Translations under genes and position numbers: made by a program
Source of the DNA: a virus
Reading direction: 5' to 3' (one strand)
IMG/VR virus record: IMGVR_UViG_3300045988_121070
DNA length: 64,000 nucleotides
In this document: positions 62,850 through 64,000 of the stretch, piece after piece
How the letters are laid out: each line of letters begins with the position of its first letter
Numbering within the stretch: the first letter of the stretch is position 1
The notes under the pieces: model-generated
What the model was told of the DNA's origin: nothing
Database searches by the model: none
The model's input: only the letters and a program-made list of their open reading frames with translations

Positions 62850-62987
62850 ACTCGATGAGAATTTTGGGTTTGTCTGTATCGTGGCCATTGCCCCCCCTGC
62901 GAGACAGAGGGCGATACCTTTTGGGGACACCACTATGCCGTTTTGGGAAGGGCTATAACGACCGAGGATGATAGGACGTGTGACCAT
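62839..62987 (-). CDS. Cassette C1: TRD-like mini-ORF, G7 tract, out of frame
   Basis: From ATG 62987: MVTRPIILGRYSPSQNGIVVSPKGIALCLAGG, then the tract at 62891-62897. One extra G gives GNGHDTDKPKILIEYDL stop. As sequenced it reads through into the C2 frame (track ORF 62640..62987). Confidence 0.5.
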
Positions 62988-62988
62988 A

Positions 62989-63177
62989 TTACAAGAGTAG
63001 GATGATGACGATAATCAACAGCACGGCAAAGGTGCGAGAACGACGGGGGCGGATGTCGCCACGGATGTAGGACTTTGTGGAGATCCTGGTGGGTGACGGG
63101 AGTGGACGCTTGATGTCGTAGGGATCGATGCGTTCGAGTCGTCGGGGGTCGTGGTTCTTTTTCTTCTGATGCTTCAT
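62989..63177 (-). CDS. Small basic protein with a C-terminal hydrophobic anchor
   Basis: 62 aa ending FAVLLIIVIILLL. Start and stop are coupled to the neighbouring genes. Confidence 0.4.
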   Translation of the reverse strand: MKHQKKKNHDPRRLERIDPYDIKRPLPSPTRISTKSYIRGDIRPRRSRTFAVLLIIVIILLL

Positions 63178-63590
63178 TCGTGATTGGACTGGGTGGCGGA
63201 CCAGCGGAGGTTAGAGAAATGATTATTGGTGCGGTTGCCATCGATGTGGATGACGTGGGGAAGGTTGTCGGGGTTAGGGACAAAGGCTTCTGCCACGAGG
63301 CGATGCACCTTAAAGTTCTTACCAGCGAGACGGACACGGCGATAGCCTTTGCCGTTGAAAGATGCTATCTCCTTGCAGAGAGCGCCAGGACTCGATGGAG
63401 AACCATCGAGCACGTTGGCTGTAGGAGCTGATAGGACACGGCCATCTTTCGCAATGAAATAGGATGTGCGGCCATGCTGGAAGAAGCAGGCCACCTCTAT
63501 ACGGTGAGTAACACCAGGACAGTTGGTGACACAGCCCTCATCAGCAACAAGTGACTTTGCGATAAAATCACAGTTATACATCTTATCCAT
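63174..63590 (-). CDS. HNH homing-type endonuclease
   Basis: From ATG 63590: MDKMYNCDF...HRLVAEAFVPNP...VIHIDGNRTNNHFSNLRW (HNH_3 pattern). Contains hairpin copy 63391-63410 (LDGSPSS). Confidence 0.75.
   Translation of the reverse strand: MDKMYNCDFIAKSLVADEGCVTNCPGVTHRIEVACFFQHGRTSYFIAKDGRVLSAPTANVLDGSPSSPGALCKEIASFNGKGYRRVRLAGKNFKVHRLVAEAFVPNPDNLPHVIHIDGNRTNNHFSNLRWSATQSNHE
63391..63410 (-). repeat. GC hairpin family copy inside the HNH gene (different stem)
   Basis: ctcgatggagaaccatcgag followed by cacgttgg. Confidence 0.6.
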
Positions 63591-64000
63591 TACTTTGTGC
63601 CGGTATGTCCGTAACCGCCATCGCCACGTTCGGTATCGTCGAGGACTGTCACGGGGTTCCACTCTGCCTGTTCGTAGGATGCGATAACCAGTTGGGCAAT
63701 GCGTTCGCCGTCGGCAATCTCGAAGGGGATGTTGCTTAGATTGATGAGCAGCACACCGATTTCACCACGATAGTCGGCATCGATCGTGCCTGGTGCGTTG
63801 AGCACGGTGATACCATGTTTGAGAGCGAGGCCGGAGCGTGGGCGCACCTGAGCCTCGTAGCCTGCAGGGAGTGCGATATACAGGCCGGTGGGGACTAACA
63901 CACGCTCCATGGGTTGCAGGACGATAGGCTCTGTGATGTTCGCACGAAGATCCATGCCGGCAGACTGAGCTGTGGCATATTCGGGAAGTGGGTGGTGGGA
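63590..64000 (-). CDS. dut: dUTPase, 5' end beyond the window
   Basis: ...[17 protein letters not shown]...[10 protein letters not shown]...[11 protein letters not shown]...RIAQLVI...[10 protein letters not shown] are classic dUTPase motifs. The frame is open to the window edge. Confidence 0.85.
   Translation of the reverse strand, partial: SHHPLPEYATAQSAGMDLRANITEPIVLQPMERVLVPTGLYIALPAGYEAQVRPRSGLALKHGITVLNAPGTIDADYRGEIGVLLINLSNIPFEIADGERIAQLVIASYEQAEWNPVTVLDDTERGDGGYGHTGTK

Noticed and set aside
59065-62987. CRISPR array or shufflon as an explanation for the repeated junctions.
   Set aside because: The conserved junction is only about 11 nt. Unit lengths vary from 147 to about 300 nt and the units encode related peptides. 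All units are in direct orientation, and no Cas gene or recombinase is visible in the window.
59065-62987. The cassette region as simple pseudogene debris.
   Set aside because: Not fully excluded. However, every cassette retains a start codon in the junction (except C5), a motif-bearing frame that is restored by a single-base change, and exactly one homopolymer. Random decay should give scattered stops and indels instead.
62933-63337. 134 aa minus-strand ORF overlapping the HNH gene and the small anchor protein.
   Set aside because: It is out of frame with two better-supported genes, and it is proline- and serine-rich with low complexity.
1-64000. tRNA or rRNA genes, integrase, attachment sites and prophage boundaries.
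   Set aside because: I found no T-loop-like GTTCGAATC or GTTCAAATC motifs in a cloverleaf context, no recombinase-like ORF, and no host-like flanks. The KAS/ACP pair carries phage-specific repeats, so it does not mark a boundary.

Overview
The window is almost entirely a minus-strand gene block from a tailed dsDNA phage or prophage. The host is probably Bacteroidota, because TAnnTTTG -7 boxes sit upstream of several operons. In minus-strand transcription order the modules are: dUTPase and HNH (64.0-63.2 kb); a cytosine-5 methyltransferase locus with an array of short cassettes (63.0-59.0); the tape measure protein (58.4-52.6); an acyl carrier protein plus ketoacyl synthase pair (52.5-51.0); a 1.2 kb non-coding hub (51.0-49.8); replication, nucleotide and DNA-modification genes (49.8-37.4); the head module with S49 protease/scaffold, capsid and terminase (37.2-28.9); a tail-fibre module containing a diversity-generating retroelement (DGR) (28.8-16.3); then endolysin, large baseplate-like proteins, a portal-like protein and a holin-like protein (16.3-2.3); and a small divergent regulatory unit (0.8-2.3). 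No tRNA, rRNA, CRISPR array, integrase or transposase was recognised. Four things need a second look. (1) A circularly permuted C5-methyltransferase core is flanked by 12 short cassettes that look like target-recognition domains (TRDs). Each cassette carries one 7-11 nt G/C homopolymer that sets its reading frame, and the cassettes are joined by a conserved AT(H)GAATATGA stop/start junction. (2) Similar homopolymer tracts split or sit inside other genes of the DNA-modification module. (3) The DGR has one template repeat (TR) and two variable repeats (VRs). The second VR is about 20 kb away, on a protein whose N-terminus looks like DUF2829. (4) Three dense non-coding repeat families are present: a GC hairpin with stem covariation that also occurs in frame inside genes, and two GCGAT-N3-ATCGC palindromes. 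All calls come from reading the sequence and the ORF track by eye. No database search was run, so family names are motif-level recollections. Homopolymer lengths may include sequencing error.
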